Assembly: GCF_024521635.1 (NCBI RefSeq)
Contig: NW_026250412.1
Span: 930,001-994,000 of the forward strand
Origin: Tricharina praecox
Taxonomy: Eukaryota
Length of the DNA stretch: 64,000 bases
Direction of reading: 5' to 3'
Within the stretch, counting starts at the first letter, position 1, and each line of letters opens with the position of its first letter. Below are positions 1 to 13,822 of this stretch, one piece after another. Both the position numbers and the translations under genes were made by a program. The notes below the pieces were generated by a model. It was given only the letters and a program-made list of their open reading frames with translations, did no database searches and was not told the DNA's origin.

Positions 1-39
1 TGATACAGAGCCGGTGGTCCGTGGTGAGGAGTGGTCCTA

Positions 40-490
40 AGATTGCCCGTCACCGCCCTAGCTTCTGGGTTGATGTGCTTCTGTACTAGGTAGTAGGTCG
101 CTTCTTCTTCCTCTTCTAACCGTGCCCCTGGAGGCTGGGTGTTCTTTCAGGAACCAGGGTCAGCTTCCCAGAGAGTCCAGCCAGACCCCTAGGTAGCCAC
201 CGTGTTGCTTGCTTGTTGAAAGGTGAAGGGGATCTCCAGCTCTTCTACATACCTGGATGACCGCTTCCGGGGGGGTGGGTGTTCCCGCCGTCTGGTGAAG
301 AAGATCGCCTGTTTTGCCGTGCTGTGGTCAAAACCGATGTCGATGCCGTTGTTGGCTGCCCCGCCCCAGCCACTCTAGGGCGGCTCCAGCATCCCGCTGC
401 TTCCTCCGGTTTCTTGGACATCTCTCCCGCATCCTTTCATCCGGCTTCGGCCTGCCTACCAGGCCACATCGTCTACGAAGGAGAGGACTT
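40..490 (-). mobile_element. Degenerate non-LTR (LINE/Tad1-like) retrotransposon RT fragment
   Basis: Minus-strand reading across several frameshifts and stops gives VLSFVDDVAW (SFVDD at 482..468), AALEW, IGFDH..K.AIFFTRRR, FNKQATRWL and LGVWLDS, in the order typical of fungal LINE RT C-terminal motifs. Boundaries approximate. Confidence 0.7.
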
Positions 491-1083
491 TGGCTTCTGG
501 AGAAACAGAGAAAACTCAAGAGGGTTGTTGTAGAAGGCAGTGAGATCACGTGAAGCGTCGCCACGGCGAACGCCAAGGGATTCGGAGATGGGGAATCGAT
601 CCCGCCACTGAAGGACATCCGTATTTGCCTGTGGGGAATCACATTTCGCAATCTCTGTAGGCGAACAAGCAGCGGGAAGGGAATCTTGGCTTTCACCCAG
701 CGGGTATCGTGACGGCGTATGCAGATATCACACACTCCGCGCATCTTTACAATCAGGAAGGGAACGCTCCCCCATTTTATTCGCAACACACTCATACAAA
801 CTACAAAAAAACCAAATCATCCACAGTGAGGACAGGAAAGGAAGTAAATCGGCCCAACACACTTCTCGAAGCATCATTCAAAAGTTTTTTTTGCTCGAAG
901 CAATCCAGTTCTGTTCAAGTCCAGTCCAGTCCAATCGTACCCTAACATTACCCGGGGTAGCATCCAAAAAAAGGAAATCAAATGAAAAGGTCAGTCAGAA
1001 GTGAACCAAGAAAAGAAAGAAATGTCAATATCCAAGAAAGGACATGCAGGTTAGTACACAATCGCGCGCCTGTGATTCGGTGT

Positions 1084-3251
1084 CTACCGGTAGTACCCAC
1101 CAGACGAAGGAGGTGGGGGAGGTGGCGCATCGTTCGAGCTGGGCGGAGGTGGTGGAGGCGCACCGCCCGGAGGAGGAGGAGGAGGAGGAGGAGCACCGCC
1201 AGGAGGAGGAGGCGGAAGCCCATAGGACCCGGGTGGCGGCGGCGGAGGGGGAGCGCCGTACGAAGCACCAGGAGGGGGTCCATAGGCTGAGCTGTAGCCC
1301 ATACCAGGTGCACCGGGAGCTGCACCGGGGGCACCAGGGGCGGCCGCGGCCCAAGGGAGGACACCACTGGCTGGCGGGGGAGGTGGGGGAGGAATACCAC
1401 CACCGGGTTGTGCCCACGGCGCGGCTGTTCCTGCTGAAGGACCGGTTGGGGCGCCTTGGGGCTGCTGCCAGGGGGTGATATTAGATCCACCGGAAGGTCC
1501 AGTAGGGGCCTTGGTGGGAGGGCCATCGCGACGTTGCCATGGAGCGGGACCGCCGGTGGGACCACGCTGCCAAGGCTTGAGAGGACGGCCGTCTGGTCCA
1601 AGCTCTTCCTGACCACCACCAAAGCCTCCCTCACGACCACCGTAGTTGTCGCCATATCCACCGTCGCGGCCTGGGCCTGCCTCGATGCGAGCTTGAGGAC
1701 CAGGACCCTCGATGGCAGGACCGGAACCTCCAAGTTCTTGCATGAGTTGCTACACTCAGGTTAGTAGCCGCATATGAGGCGCAGTGGGAAATGAAGTTGA
1801 AGTACCTCGTACTCTCGGTCCACAGCATCTCCGTGACCCAGTCCAGCGGCACCAGGCCTTCCGGGGGTTGCGCCGGGCCGATCGTTGCGCCAGTTCTGGC
1901 CGCGTTGACGATCCGCACAATCGCGAGCCATATGACCGGCGTTACCACACACGCGACAGATGATGTTGGCGGTGAAATTACGCTGCTCGGGACAGTCGTA
2001 CTTGCGATGACCAATCTGTCCACAGTTCTGACAACTGCTGTTTTCATCATCTCTCAGCGTTCCGTTGAGGGCGGCGAGCTCTCTAAGTTGGTTGCGCTTG
2101 AGTTCGTTCTGGCCTTCGGGGATAGAAGCAGCCTGTTTACGTTAGGATATAGGCAATGGAGGGAATCACGGAGAAACAAACCGTCTCAATAATGTTGTTG
2201 ATCAGCTTCTTCGCCTTGTTAACCTTCTCCTCCGTGTCCGCCATGATGAGACAGTGCAGATCCTCCTCCTGGTTCGAAGTGTGGGCAGCATCGGAGCGAC
2301 CCTTTCCTTCCTTGACGGATCCCTTTCCGCGAATGGCGATTTTGGCGCCAGATTCCGTCTCCATTTTCTTGAGTGTGTTTCCACGAGGACCAATGAGCAA
2401 TCCAATAAAGTTGATCTCAGGGTAATCATTAACCGGCACGTAAATCTTCTCCTGCGTCTTCGTCGGCCTCCGATAATCACTAGGCGGATGGTAGTTCGGG
2501 ATGGTCTTCATGGCCTTGTCGATCAGCTTGTGGCGCTCATCCTCGAGGCGTTTCCGATAGCGGTATTCCCGAGTGTTCACACGGCGACCGAAGTTGTCGT
2601 ACTGGGGAGCCGGCGATGGCGATCTGAGCGACACGAAAAAGTTAGTTGGCCAGTAAGCCATGCCAGACACACGTCATGGCATATATCGCGACAAAACTCG
2701 GGCCAAAGCCGTCGCCGAACTCACCTGTCACCGTCTGCGGGCACAACATCGTTGATGCGAAGTTTCTGCGAGATTTCCTCGATGCGCAGATGCAGCGCGT
2801 AGGCCTCCAACTGCTCGCTCGTCATAGTCGCGAAGATTGCGGTAGGAAGACCCATCAGTCCGGCGGCCTTGTTGTCGGTTTGGTCTCCCCATCGGTTCTT
2901 CTTCTTGCGCTTCCTGGGTCCCTCAGGTTCCGTTGTCGCTGGTGAGGGGAATGTGTGAGTATGGTCAAGTCAAGCAATAACACGGGGAAAATGGAGGGGG
3001 CAAAATGTCGGAGGAAAGCTGGCGAGCGAGCGAGTATGTCATGTCATATTGCCAACTCCACGCGCAAACCACCATAAAAACATACTTCTAATCGGCGACC
3101 TCCCCCGCTTCATGGCATCATCCCTCGAGTAATCGGCAGCAGCTGGCGGTGGGGGCGATGAAGACTCGCTTGGGCCATCGCCGCCGAATCGACGTCGCGT
3201 CCCGAGCGGGATGTTGTTCGTGCCGGTGATTCCTCCACCGCGGTAAGACAT
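1084..3251 (-). CDS. MSL5: Branchpoint-bridging protein / splicing factor 1 (KH-QUA2, two CCHC knuckles, Pro-rich tail)
   Basis: Five exons inferred: 3251-3086, 2938-2725, 2623-2182, 2132-1806, 1749-1084. Motifs [47 protein letters not shown], two zinc knuckles; all junctions GT-AG and in frame. Confidence 0.95.
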
Positions 3252-4488
3252 GGCTGATACCGAGGAGTTCTTGCGAAGCTGGATTGAATTCCGTGCGTTG
3301 CGTGTCGGGGGTTGGGGGTTGTGGGAGGGGGATGTGGCGGGTTGGATAGGAGAGGCGGAACAACAACAGTGAAAGTTAGTTGTGCGGTGATGTTAAGAGA
3401 AGACGGCGAGAAGAGGCTAATGTTGGTAACGAGGAGCAAGGCAGGATGGAGCACGACAAGCCGGGGTCACAAGAGAGAGTGATAGGAGAGAGAAGACAAC
3501 GCCGGCTGAGAATCTGACCGATGAGACAGCATTGTTATTGTTAATGAATAGCTGAGTCAGCGATCCATTCAGGATTATTTCTCGTTCTCTTTCTTCTTCG
3601 TTGAGGTCCCGCCGGACTCGGGTTTCCAGCGGTTATAGGTCGCATCATCTCCAACGAGTGGCTGGCGTCAACTCAAAGAAGTGGCTGGTGGCAGTGTGGC
3701 GAATGACCTGCTCGGCGGTGATTAGTCAGTGCAGCCCAGTGGCTGATGCAAGTGTGGCAAATGGCCTGTCCGGTGGCGATTAGTCATCGTGACTTGGCCT
3801 CTGAGTGGACACATGTGATGCATCCTTGCCGCAGCTCGCTCGCTCGCTCAATGCAGGGGTCAACGGGGGCTGAAGTGAGGAAGAGGCCACGATTTCCAGA
3901 GAAGGCCGCAGAGACAAATGAAAGAAGTGTGAGGAACAATAACGACGTAGAGAAGACAAACACAGGCTCGCAAACCCACTCACATCTCGTGCTCGCCCAT
4001 ACATACCTCTTCTCTTCCCCGTCTCTTCAGGTGGACGGCAGTCTGACTGGGCAGCTCGGTCAATCATTTTAACCCAGCTTGTCGGCCAAACATTCAGTTC
4101 GGAGAAAGTGCAACCTGTCCCAACCGGAGATATCACTCTTCTTCTTCCCTTCTCTCTCACGCGCCATCTGTCTCGTCGCTTGTGTGCATCTGTCCTCATC
4201 ACTGTCTTTCCATTCGCATCCCGGTTCTAGGCTACTTCCTACCCTCACTTATTTTTGACCCCTTCCAAGGACTAGACAGAACGTCAACCTTGGACGACCG
4301 GACCGTCACAACTTTTTTTGGCGACGACTCCCCGTTTCCCTTACAATCCACACCTCGGAGCTCCCAACATCCACCCACTCCGACTACAACTCAACACGAC
4401 CGACGCGCCCCGCCAGAGAGAGAGTAGACGAATACACGCCACCGGTCAAGAATCAAAAGGTCCAAAATAGACCGTACCGCCCGACATC

Positions 4489-6872
4489 ATGTCGACGGAT
4501 TACAACTACGACGATAAGGTGCGTCTTCTTTCCCGTGCCACCCGTTCCGAGCCCAGAACGTAAACTGATCTGTGCTCAATCCAGGGACAATTCTTCCCCT
4601 ACTTCGTCCTGACCATCTCAGGGCTGGTATTGGTCCCATTAACATACTCGACCTTCAAGCCCAGTAGACGTACGTAGCTCCCTCTTCTCCTAGGCAGCAC
4701 GAACGAACGAAGGAAGCTAGTGGCTGATTCCCTCCCCCATGTATAGAGCTCGGAACTTCAAAGGAACCTTTAATAAAGTGTCCCGACTACTCTCCACCGC
4801 AGCATGAAACCGTCGATGCTGCCCGCCGGCGGCAGGCCAAGAGAGAACGCCGGCTGAAGCGCTTCACTGCGCTCGTTCTTGGGTGGGCTCTGTTTGGCTA
4901 CATGTGCTATCTTGTTGCTACCAGTGAGGCTATCACCGCGGCCAAGCTATGGAATCCGTACCAGATTTTGGGAATCAGCGAGGTATGTAGCTTGCTTCCT
5001 CCCCGACCCGCAGTTACTCTCGGAAGCTTTGCTGATTGAATGCGTCCAGTCCGCCACCGAGAAAGAAATCAAGTCTCAGTATAAGAGAATGTCCCTAAAG
5101 AATCACCCTGACAAAAGGCGCCCAACTGGCAACGAGACGATCGAGATGCTCAACGACAAGTTCGTGGAAATCACTAAGGCCTACAAAGCTCTGACCGATG
5201 AGGAGATCCGCAACAACTTTATCCAGTATGGCCACCCCGACGGTAAACAGTCCTTCTCTATTGGAATCGCACTGCCAACGTGGATCGTCGCTTCGGGAAA
5301 TACCTACTACGTTCTTGCTGTGTACGGACTGATATTCGGCATTCTCCTGCCCTACACCGTTGGAAAGTGGTGGTACGGAACCAAGAAGCACACTAAGGAC
5401 GGTGTCATGGTTGAGAGCGCTGGAAAGCTGTTCACGGAATATGACGAATTCGCCGCGGAAGATAAGCTCGTTGAGATCTTAAGCGTTGGCGAGGAGATGA
5501 AGGAGATCACCGGTGGAGACCACGAGAAGGATTGGGTCAACGGTGAAGATGCCACTGTCGAGAAGAAACTTGCCCAAGCCGGACTGCCCGAGAAGGAGAT
5601 TGCTATCTTGAACAAATATGAAGGATGGAGACGCCGTGCTTTGGGCCTGCTCTGGGCTTACCTGTACCGCGTCGACCTTGATAGTGAGAAGCTGGAAAAT
5701 GGTACGAGATCTCCCCTAGTCAGATAGAGCTTCCTTTTTGACCCTATCTAGCTAAACTCGACGTTGCTCCTGCCGCGATTGCTCTTAACCGTTCATTCCA
5801 CTCTATCTGTCTGGCTTTCGGAAATGTCCAGCCTCTGGTCGCTTCCATCCGTCTTTCCCAGTACCTGATCCAAGCTATTGCCCCCGGTCAATCGCCGCTC
5901 CTTCAGATCCCTTACTTCACCAACAAGATCGTCTCCTCTATCGAGCGTGACGGCGGCAAAAACCACTGGACCGTCCAACGTCTGATGTCCGTCCCGGAGG
6001 TTGAGCGTAAGAAGATGTGCACCAGCAAGGGCCTACTCACCGAATCACAATACAAGACCGCCATGACCTTCGCCAATTCCCTGCCAGCCCTCAAGATCGA
6101 ATCTGCCTTTTTCAAAGTCATGGGCGAAAAGTTCATCACCCCCTCGAGTCTGGTCCAGTTTGTCCTCAAGATGCGTGTCGTCCCCCCCGGATCCAATCCC
6201 CCGCCCGTCAACCCTAAGGACCTCCTTGACGAGGACCCAGATGAGACCGACGTTGATGCTCTCCTTGGCCGTAAGTCTCGCTGGTCCGACAGCACCAAGG
6301 AAGGCGACGACGGTGTTGACCTGCCACTCTCCCATGCGCCCTTCTATCCCCGTGACCACCACCCCGCATGGTACATTACCCTCGTCGACCTCCGTCTGGG
6401 TAAACTCGTTGTCCCCCCACAGGCCATCACTAGCTTCGATAAGAGCCCCGAGGGCTTCGCGGTCGTCACGGCAAAGATGCAGTTCCAGGCACCACCGCAG
6501 GCGGGCGAATACGGCTTCACCATGGTTTGTCTCTCAGACTCGTACATCGGCCTCGATATCCAGCAGACAGTTACCCTTGTCGTCTCCGATCCCAGCAAGG
6601 TTTCGAGAATTGAGGAGGTGGACGATATCTCTGAGCCTGAAGAGGGTATGTCCCCCCATCTAACATCCTCCCTAGCACCTGCTAACACGACAACAGACTC
6701 TCTCGCCGGCCAAATGTCTGCCATGCGCGGCAGCGGTGCTCCCGTCAAGAAATCCAAGAAGAAGGGGGCGGCGGAGACCAGCGATGATGACGAGGACGAG
6801 AGCGACACTGAGGGAGAACAGGAAGGCGTGAGTGATACTGACACTGACACGGATTCGGAGGATGAGTCGTAG
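4489..6872 (+). CDS. SEC63: ER translocon subunit Sec63 (TM segments, J domain, Sec63/Brl domain, acidic tail)
   Basis: Start MSTDYNYDDK|GQFFPYFVLT, WNPYQILG, HPD motif, QYGHPDGKQSFSIGIALP, FQAPPQAGEY, acidic C-terminus; multi-exon. Confidence 0.95.
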
Positions 6873-7640
6873 TGTATCTTATTGGTGTTTTTTCATTTTC
6901 GGTTTTTTTCTCTTTCTTTTCTTTTTCTTTTCATTCTTACGGAGCGGTTTCTTTTTTTACGTTTCTGGTTTGCCTTACTTCATTCAATTCTCTGGTTTGG
7001 TTTGATTCGTGTGTTTTGATATTTGATATTTGACGATTGAGAGATGTGATGTGATGCTCGAGATGCGGGTAAATCAACAGGATTTCTTTGTGAGTCACAA
7101 GATGCTCGATGCAGATAAAACAATAGGATCTCTTCGTCACTCGAGTGACTCGAAGTGGCTTGATTACATGCTATCTATCGCTACTTATTTTGTAAATCCA
7201 CCCACTTCATTACAGCAATGCATTTGTCACATACGAATAGTCGTTTAGGACCGTACGCGATTTCTGGCGCTGCATCGGCCATGATCCAGCAGTAGACACA
7301 CACCAGGCGGAGGCCTTGAGGTTCACGTTTTCGAGTCGAGCAACAGTTACCCATGATGATGAATGATTGGGTGGCAGGCACGAGTACTTTGGGGCAGTGG
7401 CGGGCGAAGTGGGTTGCAAAGTACGGTCGAATGGATCACGGATGAGGGGCGTTCTTATGGAGTTTGTGTCAGGTTTCATGTCGATTGGATTTTCACAAAA
7501 TGGTCTTCAAGTCATGACGGGGGAGCGATGAGTGTTAGAACCAGAACGCCCCCAAAACGCCAATCCCATTATCAAACTCCGGTCGAACGTGTATGCCCCC
7601 AGACAGAAATTGACTTTTTTGTTTATATCAACATCAACAT

Positions 7641-8409
7641 CTAGTAACCCTCACCGCTGACGGCAGGGAACTCAAAGACGACAGTCTTTCCAGTGAGCTT
7701 GCGGTAGACCTCGCCGAAAGTGTCGACCTTGTAGTCAACGGCGGCACGGTCCTTGGCGTCAAGGAAGACCTTGATCACCTTGTGGCCGTCCTCCTTGGTG
7801 CGAACGCGCTTGCCGACGATCTCGGTGGGGTACACAAGGTCGCCCAGGATCGCGTCGTGAACGGCGGTCAAGGTGCGGTTGCGGGGACGCTTCTGCTGGA
7901 CGCGGCTGCGGCGTCCCGGGAGGGGCAGGATGCGGCGCTGAGCAACGAAGACGACGTGGCGGTCGGAGAATTTCTTCTCGAGCTCACGGGTCAGGCTAGT
8001 TGGATGTCAGTGGTGGGAGCGGACAGATGTTGCGGCAGAGGAATGCATACCGCTGCTGGACCTTGTGGAAACCCTGGAGGAGGGGGACTGGAACGAAGAT
8101 GACCACCGCCTTGCGTCCCTGAGAAACCTCGATCTGCCCACCACGTAAGACGTTCCCGCCGTTAGCATCCCGTACCATCCTTCATTCGAAGGGAAGACTG
8201 GGAGTTGTCCGTCCGCATCGTTTTTTTCTTTCTTTTTCAGGAGGTTTGTAAATTACCTCCTTGGCCGAGGAGAACTGGAGAGGGCGCAGAGACGCCTTCA
8301 GGTCCGACACGGAGGACTCAAGGTCGAAGAGAGCCTGAGCAATCTGGGTCTCCAACTCTGAGGGGTTGGCGTGCGAGGGGGAGTTGTGGGCGATCTTGTT
8401 GGTGGCCAT
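7641..8409 (-). CDS. RPS7: 40S ribosomal protein S7 (eS7)
   Basis: Exons 8409-8257, 8133-8051, 7995-7641; [46 protein letters not shown]. Confidence 0.97.
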
Positions 8410-10603
8410 TGTTTCGGTTGAAGGGTTTCCGGTGGGGGTCGGTTACGTGAGGCGTCGGAGGTCGGTCGTTCGTTCGTCGGGTTGTCAGTGTGAGGCTGCG
8501 CAATTGGAATATCAAAGTTTGGTGATTGTGCGGGTTGTGGATCTGTGGGATCTGTGGTGGGACTGCGTTTTTAGCGAGCCCTACACTAGCTACGCTAGCG
8601 TGCTACGCAAGACTCGAGTGATTGTTGGTGGCGGATTTTGCCGATTAGCTTCTGTCACAACAGAGAACTCTCCACTTGGCCTTGTCACGTCCCCAATAGT
8701 TGAACCCACTGCATAACAACGGGGGGTAAAATCTAAGTATCGATAGCGTTGAAAAGAATCGCATGTCTTACTGCGGGGTTACAATGGTGACGCCCTGTGA
8801 ATAAATACCACCAAAAGGGTGATAGATGCGGCTTTACATGTGACCATGTGTAGCTGTACGGACTACCTATCATAGCGTCATCAGGGGTCTTGTCTGATGT
8901 CCAGACAAGAGTGTTACCGATCTAGATTACCGCCTTTCGTAGGAAAGCGAGCTGTTGGACCTTGCACTCTGAGCCTAAGCATGTCCTCCCAGCATCTGAT
9001 TGCACCACCGTATGATTCATGGGTAAATGTCTGATGCAGATATTTTCTCATATGGTAACAGTACTAAGAATCTGAGACTTCCATATGTGTAGTTCGCCAC
9101 ACTACTTTCTCCACGATACTATACACTTCGACTACGACTTGCTGGAGCAGGAGATCGCAGAGTGAACGTAGGGGGGAACCGTTCCGATGCATAGCGAACC
9201 TCAGCTCGCTTCAGTGACCTGACACCTCCGAAGGTGGCCAGACGAGTGAGAAATCCGAGGACCTTACAACCTACATACCGTGCGTTGTCACCGTTCTCCA
9301 ACTGAAGTGAAGTTTTAGTGAGTCCAACTTCAAGGGCCTTCGCTGCCTTGCAAAATCCTACCTCAGGATAATCAATGCAAGGCCAGCGCCATCTTGGACT
9401 CCGTGTAAGCCCCTCCCCCTCCCCCGCCTGGTTCCATATCCCCTCTTTTCCCATCATTCAACCAATGAAGCACTATCAGCACTCAAACTGAGGAGAAAAA
9501 CATCACTAGACACCGTGCGAATTCCTCTTCCAAAGGCTCGGGCATTGGAAGACATCCGACCAACGAGAAAGAGAAAGAAAACGTGGAGAAGAAGCCGAAG
9601 ACGAAGACGAAGCATTCGTTATTGTGGACAAAATAAAGAACACATGATCACACTCCCACTACATATTAGACTCGAGTTCGATGGATATACTATTCACTAC
9701 CAAAACTCCACGATGGACATACTCAGCCGACACGGCCAACATGGCCACACCACTATCACCATATAAGAATTCGGTGCGGCCGACTGCGTGGCCATGACGT
9801 GGCCGGACAACTTGATCGCAGTCCACGGGAATGGCCACTGGAATCACTTCTACTATTATTCATCTTAGAGTGAAAGCAAGAAGGCCGTTCGGCTGAAGCT
9901 AATCCAGTAACACGGTTCTACTCCGTCCATTCCACTACCCAGTCCACGATCCTCGGGCCTCGGTCGCCAGTGAAATTAACTACCTCATGCTCAGCACCAT
10001 TTTTGCAACTTGCTACCGGTACTCAGCATCGTTTCAACGTCTCCAGACCAATTGGCCACTGGCCAGTGGCCACTGATTCCCACCAGCTCCCAGAAAGTTC
10101 AAAGTTCAAAGTTCAAGAACCTGACCAACATGCCCAACTCGACCAACTCGACCGCACCATCAACGATGCCCCAAACCAACCTCTTCGGCAAGCTCGCTGG
10201 TGTACAATGTACATACAGTCGCTGCGTGGTCCGTCCGGCCGCCGAGGTGTCCGTGCTGCGGAGGGCAGTAACTATACCTAGTAGGCAGTGAAGAGAAAGT
10301 CATGGAGCTCGAGGACCGCCGGCACCGCATGATAGGTACTCGCCCCTGAGTCCCTGACCAAGCTGCAAGCTGTCCTCCCGCTCTCGGGAGACGAAACGAG
10401 ACGAGAAAGTCAACCCGAACCTGACTGCTTTCTGCCGTTTTGGGCCCACGGCTGCCCCCGTGCTCGTTGCTCTCGAGGCTCCCCGACGTGGCGTCCGCCG
10501 CGGTGATGGTTGTGGAAAAAAGTCCTCAGCGCAGTGTTATCACGGCCGGTTGTCCGTTGACTACCTAGCAGCTAGCTAGTCTCCGCGGCGAAGGTTTGAT
10601 ACC

Positions 10604-10688
10604 GAGTCCAGTCCAGTGTCCAGTCCAATCCAGAGTCCAATCCAGAGTCCAGTCCAGAGTCCAGTCCAGAGTCCAGTCCAGAGTCCAG
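10604..10688. repeat. Tandem repeat of ~12-mer TCCAGAGTCCA(G/A)
   Basis: Directly visible, about 5-6 imperfect units. Confidence 0.85.
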
Positions 10689-11968
10689 AATCCACAAATT
10701 CTATGACTCTACGACTAGTTACAGGGTTCATAGAGTTCACTGTTGAGAAATTATGAGCGTGATCGATGTTTCAATTGCTTCGGTTGCTTGATTCATTCGC
10801 AGAGCACAGCGGATGACCAGCTAGACGTACCTACCAGACAGAAGTAGAAGAAGAAGCAAGTATGAGAATAAACAGGATTCTCAAGGCGCACTCGACTTAG
10901 CGCATACATACGACCAATATGGCAAATGTGCAATATCTTGGACGAGTGACGACGGTGGCTTTTCAACCAGAACGAGAAACCCAACATTCGCAAAATCCAC
11001 GGTCGACGAGTGACCACCTGTGACCACCCTTCACCACCCGTGCCCACTCATGACCACACTTGACCGCCCGTCACCGTTCTTGCTCACTCTTGACCGCCCA
11101 TGACCGCCCCACATCCGCATCGCATCCTAAACATTCCTTCATCATTCCTGTATGTATGATACCTACCATTGCCCACCATTGCCCCACCAATGCCCACCAA
11201 TGCCCATTTCCCACCGCCAATCTATCCAGCCCCCTTAATCCCCCCAATCCCCCTACCGCCCCCCTGGCCCCCAGGCCCCAAGAAAGAACGAAGAAAGAAG
11301 AAAGCAGGAAGAAAGAAAGAAAAGCACCAGAGCACGAGAGCACGAAAGCACACACCCAGGTCCTAACTTCCAAGTAGGTAGGTAAATGAGTTACCATGTC
11401 ATGTCATGTATCCGGAAAGGAACAAAGAACGAACACACACACACAAACCGGCACAAACCGGCACAAGAATACGGTAAGGTAAGGGTAAAGCATCGGTAAG
11501 GTAAAGCATCCACCCGACGAAGTCTGAAATCTGAAGTCTGAAGATGACCATTGACCATTGACCATTGAATCATTGACCATGGAAATTGATCGGTAGAGAA
11601 TGGAGCAAAAAAAAAGAAGAAAAAAACACAAAACACAAAACACAAACGAGACGCCTCCCATAAGCATATACAAAGTAAAGTAAAAAAAAAAAAACAAGAA
11701 GAAAAAAAAACCAATCAAACACCATCCCCATGAACATGATGAAGCTTTCTAGCCACCTTGTGCCTTCCCCGTTGCCCGTTGCCATTGCCCAATGTCCATT
11801 GCCCATTGCCCATTTTTCCCACACAACCATACCATACCATCCATTGTACGTCGTCATCGTCCCATCTGGTACAGGTTCTAATAGAAGCAAGAATATTACA
11901 ACAAAGTACCCCTCACTCGCAGTCCCAGTCCCAGCCGTTGCAAGAAAAAAAAATCTTTAAAAAATCTT

Positions 11969-13822
11969 TTAAAAGCTGAAGCCGGGAGGAAATCCTCCCT
12001 GCGCACTGTTACGGCCGCGTCGTCCGCCACCGCCGCCCGGGAAGCCGCCGCCAGGGAAGCCGCCTCCTCCTCCGCCAAAGTTGAAGGATCCTCCGCCGCC
12101 GCCGCCGTTCATCATGTTGAATAGCACGCCTGAGACGACAATCAGTAGCTGACCCCGATACCAGAAACCGACAGAACTTACTTGGGTCAATTCCGCCTCC
12201 CATTCCGCCCATACCCCCTCCCATCCCACCAAACATGTCTTCGGGATCCTGAAGATCAATTCCAGAGTCATACCGCTCCTTCTTTTGAGGATCCGAGAGA
12301 CATTCGTACGCCTCACCGAGATCTACAAGCAGCCATCAACATCCATCACGTGATCACTGCGCACGAAGAAAGAAAAAAGAAAGGAAAAAAGAAAGGAAAA
12401 AAGAAAAAAACGTACCCTTGAACTTCTCGGCAGCTTCCGGATTGTCGGGGTTCTTGTCGGGGTGGTACTTGATGGCCATCTTTCGGTACGCCTTCTTGAT
12501 GTCGGTCTCGGTGGCATCCTTTTCAACACCCAGGATCTTGTAGTAGTCCTTCCGTTTGCTCTTCTTAAGCTCCAGCTCCGCGTTCCGAATCTCCTTCTTG
12601 AGCGTAGCGTCGGCGGGATCGGCCTCGGATGCGGCTTTAAGTTCGCGCACGGCCTCTTCCCAGTTACCGCTTTCGCCGAGAGCCTTGGCACGAGTCTTTC
12701 GCGCTTTGGTGTAGGTTGGATCGAGCCGCAGAGCTTCGTCGCAGTCCGTGATGGCTTCCGACCATTCTTTGAGCTGTTGACAGTCAATCCGGCGTTCCAC
12801 GGCGACTGCACCAAAACTCAAGTGAAAGAACACTGTACCTTGCTGCAAGCCATAGCCCTGTTCTGGTATATTTTGGCGTTGGTCCCCTTATTGTCCGGGT
12901 CGACGCTCAGAGCCTGCGAGTACAGATCCTTGGCCTTGGCATAATCGCCCTTCTTGAAAGCTTCGTTACCGTCCGACTTCTTCCTTTCGAGCTCCCGAGA
13001 CTTCTTGAGGTATATTCTGGCCGTCTTCATGTCGGGATCGCACCGGAGAGCTTCCTGGAAGTGGGCGGCAGCCTTCGAATTGTCGCCCTGGGCGTACAAG
13101 ACGCGTCCCCGCAGCACCAACGCGTCGGAATCCTGCTGGTTCTGGCGTAACAAGCTCATAGCCACGTTCTGCGCCTCACCCCACGAGTGCTGTGTACCCA
13201 TCTTGAGATTGGCCTCTCCTCGCAGAATCTTCCACTCCTTGGGGGGGTCGACACCCTGGCCCAGCCCCGACTCAGCCCTATCCAGAGCGTACAGGGTCAT
13301 CGAGCCGTGAGTACCAGACTCCACGCTCTGCCTCGCAGATCTGAGGTGCTGCAACATTTGTGAAGCGGGGGCCTTATCTTTCGCGGACGGGGGCGGCTGG
13401 ATCCTGTCGTACGTCTCGAGGGCATCCTCGGGACGTCCCAGGGCGAGCTGGATCCTGGCCATCCGGAGGAGAGTTTTGGGGTTGTTGGGGCTGAAGCGGT
13501 CGGACGAGATGCAGTCCGCCAGGGCCTCGCGGAATTTCCCAGCGAGCATGTATGCGGCGGCGCGGTTTGACAGGAACGTTCCGTTCTCGGGCTCGCACTC
13601 GATCGCTTTGGAGTATTGCTCGACCGACTTCAGGTACTCCTTCTGCTTGAAGAACTTGTTTCCGGCTTGCTTGTAGGCTTCGCCGTCGAGATCCTCCTTT
13701 GGCGGATCGGGGGGGAGTGTGTGTGTACCGTTGACGCCGTTGGTGGCGGGAGCGGCGGTGGTGGTGGAGGCAGCAGGTGGAGGGGTTGGATCCATGTCCA
13801 TGGGGGTGGAGGAGGGCGGCAT
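11969..13822 (-). CDS. TPR-repeat DnaJ co-chaperone (DNAJC7/Tpr2-like)
   Basis: Exons 13822-12839, 12773-12416, 12322-12182, 12129-11969. TPR motifs (GNKFFK, SNRAAAY, GNEAFK), J domain [10 protein letters not shown]...YHPDKNP...[14 protein letters not shown]-rich tail. Start codon less certain. Confidence 0.92.

Noticed and set aside
8750-10300. Possible pseudogene or TE relic between RPS7 and the DnaJ gene
   Set aside because: Short ORFs with stops and no recognisable motif; cannot be supported without a search.
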